From Opitutia bacterium (lineage in GTDB: Bacteria; Verrucomicrobiota; Verrucomicrobiia; Opitutales; T3Sed10-336), in the NCBI GenBank assembly GCA_050506795.1, contig JBJHCF010000015.1:1-64000 (forward strand): DNA of 64,000 nucleotides. Reading direction: 5' to 3'. The position numbers were made by a program, and so were the translations under genes. The notes under the pieces are model-generated. The model was not told the DNA's origin. It searched no databases and was given only the letters and a program-made list of their open reading frames with translations. Each line of letters starts with the position of its first letter. Position 1 is the stretch's first letter. Shown piece after piece: positions 10,172 through 20,234 of the stretch.

Positions 10172-11485
10172 ATGAAAATACTGATAATGGCAATCTTGGG
10201 AGCGGCCCTGATGGCGCCCCCTCCAATGAAATCCGAAACGGTGGAACTCGAGTTGCACAGCGATCGTCCCTGGGTGGAAGCGGGGAAAGAGCAAACGGTG
10301 CTGGTGAAAATCGCCACCCGAGGCGGGGAACTTCCCGTCGCCGACCGGCCTCCGATCAACCTTTCGCTGGTCATCGACAAGTCCGGGTCGATGTCGGGCG
10401 ATCGCATTGTCAACGCCCGCCAGGGCGCAATGGAAGCCATTCGGCGGCTGGGGCGTGACGATGTTTTTTCGGTGGTGGTTTACGACAGTCAGGTGCGCAC
10501 TTTGATTCCCGCGGGCCGGTTGACCGATATCGACCGGGTGGAGCGTATCATCTCGGGAATTATGGCCGGAGGCACCACCAATATTTACGGGGGTCTGGAG
10601 GCGGGGTTTGCCGAACTGGACAAGCACTTCAATCGCCGGTACCTGAACCGCATGATCCTGTTGTCAGACGGCCTGGCCAACGTGGGACCGACCAGCCCGC
10701 AGGCGTTCGCCGAACTGGGGAGGTCTTTTTCGGGCAAAGGAGTGGTGGTTTCGACCGTTGGGCTCGGACTGGATTACAACGAGCGTCTCATGGCCGACCT
10801 GGCTCAGGCGGGAGAAGGGAACACCTATTTCGTCCGCGACGGTGAAAGCCTTCCGAAGATCTTTCGCGAGGAAATCGGTCACCTGGTCAGCACGGTGGCA
10901 CGCAACGTGATCATCCGGATCGAAATTCCGGAAGGCGTGGAAGTGGAACGGGTGCTCGGACGCGGCCATCGCCGGGAGGGTCGGGTGGTGGAAATCGATT
11001 TCCACGATCTGGCCGCGGGGCACCTCAAGTACGGTCTGTTGGAATTGAAGGTGCCGGCGGGGGCCGATGGCGAGGTTCTGCCCGCTCTGAGGGCGACGGC
11101 GACCTACCGGCGCGCTTCCGACCTTGCGACGGGACGGGTCGCGGGACAGACCGAGGTGCGGTACACCGCTTCGGCGGATCAGGTGGAACGGGAGGTGCGT
11201 CAGGACGTGCGCGACGCCTGGGCCGAGTTGCGTCAGGCGGACTTGCAGGAAGAGGTCCTGGATCTCGTGGCGCAGGGACGGCGGGAAGAGGCCCGAGGGG
11301 CGCTCCGGCGGGTTTCCGATGAGGCCGTCGGCCTCGGTTTGTCGGGCATGCCGCCCGCCCTTGAGGAGTACCGCCTGCGGGAGGATGCGGTTCTCGGCGA
11401 GCGCGATTTCAGTCCCGAGGAGGTCCGTGCCCGGCGCGCGGAATCGTATCAACTCCGCACCCAACAGGCGACGGGAAGGGAGTGA
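10172..11485 (+). CDS. Secreted VWA-domain protein (YfbK-like)
   Basis: AAGGAG RBS upstream of ATG 10172, signal peptide, MIDAS motif DKSGS, GGTTNI..GL, ILLSDGLANVG. Confidence 0.85.
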   Translation: MKILIMAILGAALMAPPPMKSETVELELHSDRPWVEAGKEQTVLVKIATRGGELPVADRPPINLSLVIDKSGSMSGDRIVNARQGAMEAIRRLGRDDVFSVVVYDSQVRTLIPAGRLTDIDRVERIISGIMAGGTTNIYGGLEAGFAELDKHFNRRYLNRMILLSDGLANVGPTSPQAFAELGRSFSGKGVVVSTVGLGLDYNERLMADLAQAGEGNTYFVRDGESLPKIFREEIGHLVSTVARNVIIRIEIPEGVEVERVLGRGHRREGRVVEIDFHDLAAGHLKYGLLELKVPAGADGEVLPALRATATYRRASDLATGRVAGQTEVRYTASADQVEREVRQDVRDAWAELRQADLQEEVLDLVAQGRREEARGALRRVSDEAVGLGLSGMPPALEEYRLREDAVLGERDFSPEEVRARRAESYQLRTQQATGRE

Positions 11486-11488
11486 GTT

Positions 11489-11602
11489 AAAGTGAGAAGT
11501 GAAAGGTAAGAAGTAAGAAGGAATCGATATGCAGGGTTGTCGGTAGCGGGCCGGCGCATACATTACAGATAACAAAGAACAAAGAACCAAGAACCAAGAA
11601 CC
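11489..11602 (+). repeat. Two short heptamer tandem arrays in the VWA-HK intergenic region
   Basis: AAAGTGA GAAGTGA AAGGTAA GAAGTAA (11489-11516) and AACAAAG AACAAAG AACCAAG AACCAAG AACC (11571-11602), which abuts ATG 11603. Confidence 0.75.
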
Positions 11603-13462
11603 ATGCTCACGCGTTCGCGCATTGTTTTTTACTGGCTGATGCTGCTGGTCCCGACCGTCATCCTCGGAGTGTGGGGGTGGCGGTTGCTGGCGCGAGAGGA
11701 GGCGAGACTGGCGGAGGCGGAGGCGCTGGCCCGGCAGGAACGGTTGTCGCTGACGGCGGAGAATCTGGACCTGTTTTTCGAGGAGGTGAAAGGAGCGGTC
11801 CTCGAAGGGTTGAGCGGGTTGCCGGAGGAGTTCGAGCCGGCCGTGTTGTCCGCTTGGAGCGAAGCCAATCCGCTGGTCTCGAACGCCTTCATCTGGCGTC
11901 CGGGGGAGGCGTTGGTTTATCCGGATCCGAACGAGCCGGCGAGCGAGGTGCAGGCACGGTTTGTGAACCGTTACCAGAATCTGTTCTCCCGCCGCGATTC
12001 CTGGATGGGCTCGGAGCTGGCGGTTCCGGAGGACATGCCGGAATACGAACGACGTGACGAGGAGGCGGCCTTGCCTTTGTCGCCGCGTCGGGAAGTGCAA
12101 ATGCTGGCGCAGCAGGACCGGTTCGCCGCGGCGCTGCGGCAAAGGGATACCCTCTCGGCGGAATCGTTCTTCGCGGAGGAAGAATCCGCGGTGGGGCTCG
12201 GTATGGCGGGTGCTTTGAGAGCCGACGAGGACGTTCACTCCCGGCGACCGGACGTCGTTCTCGAAGGCGAGAGTCTGGGCGATATAGCTATGGCGGAGCC
12301 GTTCTCGCCGCCGATGGAGGGTGTCGTGGGATCCCGGATACTGCCGGCCGGGCAGGGATGGATTCCCTGGCTGGGGGATGAGGATGACTGGGCGGTGCTG
12401 GGGTGGGTGAGGTCCCGTCCCTGGGGACCGGTGCACGGCGCGGAACTGAATCCGGATCACTTGCGGAGCCGGGTGCGGATACTGTTGAACGGCGCCGCAT
12501 CGGGGGGCGAGCACCTGGCCCTGATCAACGGCAACGGGACAATCGTGGCGGCATCAGACAGGGAGTCGCCGGAGGTGGAGCCGGATCTGGTGCTGCCGGT
12601 GGGAGCGCTCTTTCCGGACTGGCGGCTGGCCGCCTTCCCGCCGGGCAACGGGTTGCTGCCCGGCAGCGGTTTTTTTCTGGTTTCCCTGTTGCTGCTCGGG
12701 GTGTTCCTCGCCGCCATCCTCTCCGGCGGGTCGCTCTTGCTCTGGCAGGCCTATCGCAACGCTCTCGACGCCCGGCGCAAAAGCGGATTTGTTTCCAACG
12801 TGTCGCACGAACTCAAGACGCCGCTGACCACTCTTCGGATGTATGCCGAGTTGCTCGAGACGGCTCCGGCGGATCCGCCGGAGCGGCGCGAACGTTATCT
12901 CGGGGTGATTCGTTCGGAGACGGATCGCCTGACGCGCCTGGTCAACAACGTACTCGATTTCAATCGGCTGGAACGAAAGCAGAAAACGTTGCGGGTGCGC
13001 GCGCTCGACGCGGGTGTCCTGCTGGCGGGTTTTTTGGAGAACCAGCGCCCCCGCGCCGAAGCGGCCGGTCTGACGGTGCGCGTTGACGGATGCCGGGAGG
13101 CGGAGCTGCCCGTGAAGGCGGACCGCGATGCCCTGGAGCAGGTTTTCCTCAATCTGTTGGACAACGCCATCAAGTACGCCGCGGAAGGGCGGGACCTGAC
13201 GGTTTCCGCCGACCGGGAGAGTGTAGGGGTGTGTATCCGGTTTATGGATCGTGGTCCCGGTGTGCCGGCCGCGCACCGGGAGCGGATTTTTGAGGAGTTC
13301 CACCGGGTGGACGACAGCTTGACGGCGGAGAATCCGGGGTGTGGGCTCGGTCTGAACATAGCCCGTCAACTGGCGCGCGCCATGGGCGGCGACCTGGCCT
13401 ATGAACCGCGACCGGGCGGCGGTTCTGTTTTTCTTTTGACCCTTCCCCTTGTTGCATCATGA
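11603..13462 (+). CDS. Membrane sensor histidine kinase (HisKA + HATPase)
   Basis: Two TM segments around a large extracytoplasmic region; H-box NVSHELKTPL, N-box NLLDNAIKY, DRGPG, GCGLGL. Confidence 0.95.
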   Translation: MLTRSRIVFYWLMLLVPTVILGVWGWRLLAREEARLAEAEALARQERLSLTAENLDLFFEEVKGAVLEGLSGLPEEFEPAVLSAWSEANPLVSNAFIWRPGEALVYPDPNEPASEVQARFVNRYQNLFSRRDSWMGSELAVPEDMPEYERRDEEAALPLSPRREVQMLAQQDRFAAALRQRDTLSAESFFAEEESAVGLGMAGALRADEDVHSRRPDVVLEGESLGDIAMAEPFSPPMEGVVGSRILPAGQGWIPWLGDEDDWAVLGWVRSRPWGPVHGAELNPDHLRSRVRILLNGAASGGEHLALINGNGTIVAASDRESPEVEPDLVLPVGALFPDWRLAAFPPGNGLLPGSGFFLVSLLLLGVFLAAILSGGSLLLWQAYRNALDARRKSGFVSNVSHELKTPLTTLRMYAELLETAPADPPERRERYLGVIRSETDRLTRLVNNVLDFNRLERKQKTLRVRALDAGVLLAGFLENQRPRAEAAGLTVRVDGCREAELPVKADRDALEQVFLNLLDNAIKYAAEGRDLTVSADRESVGVCIRFMDRGPGVPAAHRERIFEEFHRVDDSLTAENPGCGLGLNIARQLARAMGGDLAYEPRPGGGSVFLLTLPLVAS

Positions 13463-14181
13463 AACGGACCAATATCCTGGTGGCGGAGGACGACACTCAC
13501 ATTCGCAACGGGCTGCGCGACGCGCTCACGGACGAGGGATATGAGGTGACGCCGGCCCGCAATGGCGACGAGGCGTTGAAACTGTTTCGGCAGGGGGAGT
13601 GCTCGCTGGTGATCCTGGACGTGATGATGCCCGGCATGAGCGGGTTCGATGTCTGTCGGGAGATCCGCAAGCGGAACGCCGGAGTGCCCATTCTATTTCT
13701 CACCGCCAAGAGCGAGGAAATCGACAAGGTGATCGGTTTGGAGCTGGGTGCGGATGATTACCTCACCAAGCCGTTTGGAGTTCGCGAAATGCTCGCCCGG
13801 GTGGCGGCGTTGCTGCGCCGGGCCCGCCATTCGGGGGGAGGGGAGGACGGGCCGTCGATTCCGGAGGAATTTGCCTTCGGCGCTGCGCGGGTCGACCGCA
13901 AACGCCATGTGTTTTTCGGCGCGGTGGGTGAGATCTCGCTGACCGCGCGCGAAATGAAGCTGGTTCAGGTGTTTTTCCTCGCGCCGGGGGAAACCCTTTC
14001 CCGGAACGTTCTCCTGGATCGCGTGTGGGGCGTCGATTACGTCGGCACCACGCGCACGCTCGATCAACACATTGCCCAGTTGCGGAAAAAAATAGAACCG
14101 CAACCGGAAAGCCCGCGTTTCCTCCACACCGTGCACGGAGTGGGTTACCGTTACGATCCTCCGGTTGAAGAGGGAAACTGA
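13459..14181 (+). CDS. OmpR/PhoB family response regulator
   Basis: Receiver (AEDD, LDVMMPG, DDYLTKPF) plus winged helix (RTLDQHIAQLRKK, TVHGVGY); ATGA overlap with the kinase. Confidence 0.95.
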   Translation: MKRTNILVAEDDTHIRNGLRDALTDEGYEVTPARNGDEALKLFRQGECSLVILDVMMPGMSGFDVCREIRKRNAGVPILFLTAKSEEIDKVIGLELGADDYLTKPFGVREMLARVAALLRRARHSGGGEDGPSIPEEFAFGAARVDRKRHVFFGAVGEISLTAREMKLVQVFFLAPGETLSRNVLLDRVWGVDYVGTTRTLDQHIAQLRKKIEPQPESPRFLHTVHGVGYRYDPPVEEGN

Positions 14182-14200
14182 CCGATGGTGCGGTCGCGGC

Positions 14201-17200
14201 TTATCCCGGTAGCGGGGCGTCAGGTCTTTTCCGTTCGGCGGCCATGAAAAGGTAAACCGCCGGCACCACAAAAAGAGTGAACGCGGTGCCGATCGTCATG
14301 CCGCTGGCGATGATCAGACCCATGGCGAAGCGCGACCCTGCCCCGGGACCGTCCGCGATAAGCAGAGGCACCATGGCGAGCACGGTGGCGGCGGTGGTCA
14401 TCAGGATGGGACGCAGCCGAATGGAGGTGGCCTCTTCAATGGCCTCCCGTTTGCTGCGGCCTTCGTCCTGCAGCTTGTTGGCGAACTCCACGATGAGAAT
14501 GCCGTGCTTGGCGATCAGTCCGATCAGGGTCAGGAGACCCACCTGGGTGTAGATGTTGAGGGTGGTGAGGCCGAGGCTGACGAAAATCATGGCGCCGCAG
14601 ACGCTCATTGGCACCGTTACCAACATGATGAAGGCGTTGCGGAAGGACTCGAATTGGGCGGCGAGCACCAGGAAGATGACCAGCAGAGCGAAGAAAAAGG
14701 TCACCACCAACCCCTGCCCCTCGGCGCGGTATTGGCGGGATTGGCCGGAGTAATCGACGGTGAACTCCGTCGGCAAGACCTGGGCGGCGATTTGCTCCAG
14801 GACCTCGAGGGCTTCGCCCAGGGGAACCCCGGGACGCGGTACGCCGGAAATCGTCACGGCGTTGAGTTGCTGAAACCGCTTGAGCTGCTGGGGCTGGACC
14901 GATTCTTCCAGGGTGACCAATGCGGAAAAGGGCACCATTTCACCGTAGCGATTGCGGGTATGAAAGTTGGTGAGTTGATCGGGATTCAGTCTTTCGGTTC
15001 GCTGAACCTGCGGAATGACCCGATAGGAACGATTGTCGAGGGCGAAACGTCCCACGAAGCCCCCCGCCATCATACTCGAGAGGTCGGCCGAAATCTGCTG
15101 CATGTCGACTCCCATCAGCGCCGCCTTTTCGCGATCGATGCGAACGGTCTGCCGCGGCCGGTCGATTTTAAGGTCCGTATCCAAAAATATAAAGCGCCCG
15201 CTCTCCATGGCGCGTTGAACGATCTGGCTGGTCACCTCGTTCATGACCTCGAACGGCTGCGTGGATCCGACGATGAACTCGACCGGGGGACCGCCTCCGG
15301 GAGAAGGCAGGGAAGGGGGGATCAACGCGAAGAGGTTGAGGCCGGGCAGGGCGTCAAGCCGGTGCTGGACGTCGGATTGCAGGATCTCCTGGGTGGTGCG
15401 GTCTCGCCGCTCCCAGGGCGCCAGCACGATGCCGGCTCCGGCGGTGTTGGTGCCGCCGAATCCGTTGATGATGAAAATCTTTTCCACCTCGGGAATCTCC
15501 TCGATCATGCGGTTGATCTGGGAAGTATTCCGGCCCACGTAATCGAGGGTGGCGAAGCTGTCGGCTTCGCCGATGGTGAAGATGAAACCCTGGTCTTCCG
15601 CCGGTTCCAACTCGGAGGGGCTGGTCACAAACAGGAAATAACACGAAACCAGCACAATCATTCCGAACACCAGGACCACCGGATAGGTGTTGAGCGCGCC
15701 GTGCAGGCGTTGCTGGTACCAGCGCCGGAGTTGATCGAACCGGTGGTCAAGCCAGACTTCGAGCTTCGGGCGCGGTCCCCCGTGACGTCGGGAGCGCAGG
15801 ACGCGGGAACAGAGCATGGGGGACAGCGTGATGGCGACCACCCCGGAAAGGATGACGGTGGCGGCCAGGGTGAAAGCGAACTCGACGAACAGTGTGCCGG
15901 TCAGGCCGCCCACGAAGCCGAGAGGGATAAACACCGCCACCAGCGTCGTTGACATGGCGACGATGGGCCAGGCGAGCTGGCGCGCGCCCAGGATGGCCGC
16001 GTCCAGACGCGACATTCCCTCCTCCAGGTGGCGCTGGATGTTTTCCAGCATGATGATGGCGTCGTCCACCACAATGCCGATGGCCAGCACCATGGCCAGG
16101 AGGGTGAGGAGGTTGATCGAGAACCCCATCAGCAGCATGAGGAAGAAGGTGCCCACCAGGGAAAGCGGCACCGCCAGGGCGGGAATGATCACGCTGCGCA
16201 GAGAACCAAGAAACGCGTAGATGACGACGATCACAATGATGAGCGCCAGCACGATGGTATTGAGCACTTCATTGATCGCGCCCTCGATGTATTCGGTGGA
16301 GTCATACGGAATCTCCGCCTGCAATCCCTCCGGCAGGGCCGGGATGATCTGGTTGTCCCAGACCCGGCGGACTTCGCCGATGACATCGAGCGCGTTGGCG
16401 TCGGGGGCCACTTCGATCCCCATAAAACTCGCTTCGAGGCCGTTGAACGAAACCGAGACGTCGTAGTTTTCCGAACCCAGCTCGATTTCGGCGACCTCCT
16501 CCAGGCGTACCAGTGCCCCGTTTTCCGAGCGGATGACCAGGCGCCGGAACTCCTCGGCGCTTTGCAGGTCGGTGGCGGCGTTGAGATCGATGGCCACCAT
16601 TTGCCCCTTGGTGCGCCCGACGGCGGAGAGCACATTGTTGGCGCGAAGGGCGTTGGTGACGTCGCTGCCGGTGACTCCGAGGGAGGCCATGCGGTCGGGG
16701 TCCAGCCAGGCGCGAATGGCGAAGGTGCGTGCGCCCAGGATCTGCGCACGCTGCACTCCGGGGATGGTGGAGAGCTGGGGTTCGACGACCCGGACGAGGT
16801 AGTCTGTTATCTGGTTGTTTTCCAGGACGTCGCTGTAAAAAGAGAGGTACATGGCGGCGATCTGCTCGCCCACCGCCAGTTCCACCACCGGATCCAGGGC
16901 GTTTTCCGGCAGGTCGGACCGCAGCTTGTTCACCTGGGCGGCGATTTCAGTGAGCGCTTCGTTGGGATCGCGATCCATCCGGAGGTACGCCTGCACGGTG
17001 CTCATGCCGGCGACGGAGGTCGAAACGATGTAATCGATCCCCTCGGCGGCCGCCACTTCGCGCTCCAGCGGAGTGGTGATGAACCCCTGAATCAGGTCGG
17101 CGTCGGCGCCGATGTAGGAAGTCGAGACCGTAACCACCGCGTTCTGGATCTCGGGGAACTGACGGACGTTCAGATCGTAGACCGCGCGAATGCCGAGCAG

Positions 17201-17266
17201 CAGGATAAAAAGGCTGACCACGGTGGCCAGCACCGGCTTGTGAATGAAAACATCGGTGAAACGCAT
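14201..17266 (-). CDS. RND efflux permease (AcrB/MexI-MexW type)
   Basis: 1021 aa; AIGIVVDDAII, KHGILIVEFAN, RLRPILMTT motifs. Confidence 0.95.
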   Translation of the reverse strand: MRFTDVFIHKPVLATVVSLFILLLGIRAVYDLNVRQFPEIQNAVVTVSTSYIGADADLIQGFITTPLEREVAAAEGIDYIVSTSVAGMSTVQAYLRMDRDPNEALTEIAAQVNKLRSDLPENALDPVVELAVGEQIAAMYLSFYSDVLENNQITDYLVRVVEPQLSTIPGVQRAQILGARTFAIRAWLDPDRMASLGVTGSDVTNALRANNVLSAVGRTKGQMVAIDLNAATDLQSAEEFRRLVIRSENGALVRLEEVAEIELGSENYDVSVSFNGLEASFMGIEVAPDANALDVIGEVRRVWDNQIIPALPEGLQAEIPYDSTEYIEGAINEVLNTIVLALIIVIVVIYAFLGSLRSVIIPALAVPLSLVGTFFLMLLMGFSINLLTLLAMVLAIGIVVDDAIIMLENIQRHLEEGMSRLDAAILGARQLAWPIVAMSTTLVAVFIPLGFVGGLTGTLFVEFAFTLAATVILSGVVAITLSPMLCSRVLRSRRHGGPRPKLEVWLDHRFDQLRRWYQQRLHGALNTYPVVLVFGMIVLVSCYFLFVTSPSELEPAEDQGFIFTIGEADSFATLDYVGRNTSQINRMIEEIPEVEKIFIINGFGGTNTAGAGIVLAPWERRDRTTQEILQSDVQHRLDALPGLNLFALIPPSLPSPGGGPPVEFIVGSTQPFEVMNEVTSQIVQRAMESGRFIFLDTDLKIDRPRQTVRIDREKAALMGVDMQQISADLSSMMAGGFVGRFALDNRSYRVIPQVQRTERLNPDQLTNFHTRNRYGEMVPFSALVTLEESVQPQQLKRFQQLNAVTISGVPRPGVPLGEALEVLEQIAAQVLPTEFTVDYSGQSRQYRAEGQGLVVTFFFALLVIFLVLAAQFESFRNAFIMLVTVPMSVCGAMIFVSLGLTTLNIYTQVGLLTLIGLIAKHGILIVEFANKLQDEGRSKREAIEEATSIRLRPILMTTAATVLAMVPLLIADGPGAGSRFAMGLIIASGMTIGTAFTLFVVPAVYLFMAAERKRPDAPLPG

Positions 17267-17279
17267 TGGAAAGCTGGAA

Positions 17280-18419
17280 TCAGTTGTTGGCAGGCCGCGG
17301 ATTCAGGTCGGAGGAGGGCTGGAGATCGCCGTTGTCGCTGATTTCCACCCGTGCGTTGTTGCGGAGCTTGAGCAATCCTGAACTGGCCACCCGATCCCCG
17401 GTATCCAGGCCCCCGAGAACGGTGACGAGGTCGCCGCGCCGCTCGCCGGTTTGGATAAAGCGTTGCCGCACCCTTGAAACGGACTCTTCATCGCCGTTCT
17501 CGGACACTTCCTCGAACAACACGTAGACCGAGTTGCCGTAGGGATTATACTGGATGGCGGTTTGCGGGATCACGAGAACCGCGGCGGGTTCGCCGATAAC
17601 CAGGGAGACGCGGGCATACATTCCGGGCCGCAGGTTCTCGTCGGGATTGGCGAAGGTGGCCTGAATCTCCACCGTGCGGGTCGATTCCCGCACTCGCGGT
17701 TCGATGGCGGTGACCTCACCGGTAAAGGTTTGGTTCGGGAAGGAATCGACCCGGGCTTCCACCGTTTGCCCCGGATGCAGGTCGCTCAATCGTTGTTCCG
17801 GCAGGAAAAAGTTCAGGTACAGGGGATCCAGGGATTCGACGGCTACCGCCGGAGTTCCCGGAGCGACGTACTGTCCGAGATTGACCCGACGGATGCCGGC
17901 GACTCCGTCAAAGGGGCTGCGTATGGTTTTCTGGCGAATGCGCGCCTCCTGTCCTCTAACCGCGGCGCGGGCCTGGGCGGCCTCGCTTTCGCGTCTTTGG
18001 AGTTCGGATTCGGAAACGCTGTTTTCCGAGCGAAGCCGCTGAAAACGCTCCTCCTCCAGTTCCGCCAGCCGGGCGACGGCCCTCAGCCGTTCCAGTTCGG
18101 CTTCGTCGGCATCGGTGTCGAGCGACACCAGCCGCTGGCCGGCTTCCACCGCTGCGCCGTTTTCAAAGTGGATGGCGGTGACAATGCCGCCGACCTCAGT
18201 GGTCAGCTCGGCGCCGTTGCGGGCGGTGAAGCTGCCCACCGCCTGAACCGTGGGGGTCCAGTGGTCCTCCTTGACCTCCGCCGCGGTGATGGTGGCGGGC
18301 GGTTCGGTCATGGTGTCGAAGTACTGGTTCATGAAATAATTGCCAACGGCCTTGAAGCCGAAAATACCGCCGAAAAGCAAGGCAACGGCAGCCAACATGA
18401 GGAACATGCGTTTTTTCAT
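17280..18419 (-). CDS. RND efflux membrane fusion (periplasmic adaptor) protein
   Basis: Likely start MKKRMFLML at 18419 after AAAGGAAA; lipoyl/hairpin motifs (IRSPFDG, LRPGMYARV, GLDTGDRV). Confidence 0.9.
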   Translation of the reverse strand: MKKRMFLMLAAVALLFGGIFGFKAVGNYFMNQYFDTMTEPPATITAAEVKEDHWTPTVQAVGSFTARNGAELTTEVGGIVTAIHFENGAAVEAGQRLVSLDTDADEAELERLRAVARLAELEEERFQRLRSENSVSESELQRRESEAAQARAAVRGQEARIRQKTIRSPFDGVAGIRRVNLGQYVAPGTPAVAVESLDPLYLNFFLPEQRLSDLHPGQTVEARVDSFPNQTFTGEVTAIEPRVRESTRTVEIQATFANPDENLRPGMYARVSLVIGEPAAVLVIPQTAIQYNPYGNSVYVLFEEVSENGDEESVSRVRQRFIQTGERRGDLVTVLGGLDTGDRVASSGLLKLRNNARVEISDNGDLQPSSDLNPRPANN

Positions 18420-18474
18420 CTGTGGTTTCCTTTCGAGAATTTGATTCGGTGCGTAGCGGGCAAACGGGAGCGGG

Positions 18475-19188
18475 TCAGGCGTCGAATACGTCCTTCCGAA
18501 TCGTTTGCACCAGGTCGGCGATGGCTTCCGGTTCGATGGGATGGAGCAGGGGTTTCCACCCCATTCCGTTGAGCAGTATCTGGACGTGCAGGTAAAGCAG
18601 GACCTCCGGTCTTTCCACCTGGCAGGCCTCCAGGAGGCCCTGGGTGTGCACCAGACTGTGCATTCCTTCACAAAGACACCAGGGGCCGAGAGCCAACTCC
18701 ATGGGGCGCAACCCGTTCGGTTCCAGTTCACCGTTTCGGCAGGCTTCGCTGACCAGTTGATTGATGATTTTGTTAATGGGTTCGCATTGGCTGAGCAATG
18801 ACTCTCTCCGGGACGAGGAGGCGTTCTCCCACACCGCTTCGGCGAAGATATACTGCATCAGTTTGGCGTGCTCCGGGTTTTTCTGGGTGAAAAAGACATC
18901 GCCCACCGCGATGGCGAACATCCGGTTTCGTGTGCCGGCGTCCCAGGCGGCGGCCCGGCGAAAAATATTGATGTGCTCACAGGCGCCCTGCTCCGCCAGC
19001 GCGACAAGGAGGTCCTCCTTGGAGGAAAAATGCTGGTAGAGAGTTCCGGTGGCGTATTCGCAGGCCTCGGCCAGGCGAGCCATCTGCAGGTTCAGCAGGC
19101 CTTCCGTCCGAATCAATTCGGCCGCTTTTTCCAGAAAGAGCGTTTCCCGATCTTTTTTCTCCTTTTGTCTGCGTTCTGCGGTCCCCAT
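18475..19188 (-). CDS. TetR/AcrR family transcriptional regulator
   Basis: N-terminal HTH (LAEACEYATGTLYQHFSSKEDL); first gene of the efflux operon. Confidence 0.9.
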   Translation of the reverse strand: MGTAERRQKEKKDRETLFLEKAAELIRTEGLLNLQMARLAEACEYATGTLYQHFSSKEDLLVALAEQGACEHINIFRRAAAWDAGTRNRMFAIAVGDVFFTQKNPEHAKLMQYIFAEAVWENASSSRRESLLSQCEPINKIINQLVSEACRNGELEPNGLRPMELALGPWCLCEGMHSLVHTQGLLEACQVERPEVLLYLHVQILLNGMGWKPLLHPIEPEAIADLVQTIRKDVFDA

Positions 19189-19229
19189 AGCCAAGGCGGA
19201 AAATCCATTATTGAATTTAATCCAAAGAA

Positions 19230-19261
19230 TGAATTGAGTTCAAAACTCGGGTCGTCGTCAA
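19230..19261 (-). promoter_or_regulatory. Candidate promoter/operator of the TetR-RND operon
   Basis: TTGACG on the minus strand (19256-19261) and an inverted repeat TGAA-TTGAG-TTCA (19230-19242) in an AT-rich stretch about 40 nt upstream of the tetR start. Confidence 0.35.
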
Positions 19262-19494
19262 ACGAGATCTTTCCGTGGACCGATTTTTCCCCCGGGCGGT
19301 GGGATTTGTGATTTAAGTTTGTGATACCTTATTGATATTAATGGGATTGTAGCGGATCGCCTGTTTCAGGTTTCGGGTCCGGTGTCGCGAGGCTTGAAGC
19401 CGTCGAACCGGAGGGTCGCTTCACAGAGATTTTTACTTTTTTCCCTTGACCTAAATGCCTCGTCTGGCATTAACAGATGAAACGGTAAAAAATT

Positions 19495-20205
19495 ATGGCT
19501 AAAAAAATTATTTCCCCGATTGCTCTGCTTTCCGCCGCCGCGTTCATCAGTGGTTCGCTTCATGGTCAAACAACATTCGCTGACGAGCAGGCGTTTCTCG
19601 ATGGTCTGTTGCCCTCTTACTACAACGAGGATTTTTCGGATTTTAACGACTCCGACAACAATGTGGGCAACCTCTCGCAGGTTTTTGATTTTTCGGACGA
19701 TTTTTCATTTACAGCGACTACCCTTTCGGCTGACGGAACAACTTCTCCGAGCGGCGCGATTTGGTATACTGAAGGTCAAAACTATGCCGGCACGGGTTTG
19801 TCTGCTCTTGATGCAGGCGCTCAAGTCTTGTTTACCGATTTCACTGGTGGAGTGGATGCCATCGGCGGCCACTTCTTCCTGACGGCCGACGCTTTGAGTC
19901 CGAATGCCGATTGGGTTGATGGCTCACTGACCGTTACCGTCCGGTTCAGCGATACCACTTTCGTAACCGAAACGCTGACCAGTTCCACAGCCAGCGGGCA
20001 ATTCGAGTTTTTCGGGGTATATGCCGCCGAAGGATTGGCGATCACCTCGATGGAAGTGGTTAGCAATACCGCGAACACCTTCCCGACGGTTGGCAATATC
20101 ACTGTCGGCAGCCAGATTCCGGAACCCGCAACCGTGGTTCTCTGGTCCGGTTTGGGTGTATTTGCCTTGGTCGTCGCCTTGCGCCGTCGCAGGCGCTCCG
20201 CTTAA
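19495..20205 (+). CDS. PEP-CTERM sorting domain protein
   Basis: Signal peptide; C-terminus IPEPATVVLWSGLGVFALVVALRRRRRSA (PEP, TM helix, basic tail). Confidence 0.92.
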   Translation: MAKKIISPIALLSAAAFISGSLHGQTTFADEQAFLDGLLPSYYNEDFSDFNDSDNNVGNLSQVFDFSDDFSFTATTLSADGTTSPSGAIWYTEGQNYAGTGLSALDAGAQVLFTDFTGGVDAIGGHFFLTADALSPNADWVDGSLTVTVRFSDTTFVTETLTSSTASGQFEFFGVYAAEGLAITSMEVVSNTANTFPTVGNITVGSQIPEPATVVLWSGLGVFALVVALRRRRRSA

Positions 20206-20234
20206 TCAAGCGTTTTTCAGTCATAATTTTTTGC

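Noticed and set aside
10664..12514. 616-aa antisense ORF (likewise 40919..42661, 50921..52570, 14504..15952)
   Set aside because: Antisense to well-supported genes; expected in high-GC DNA.
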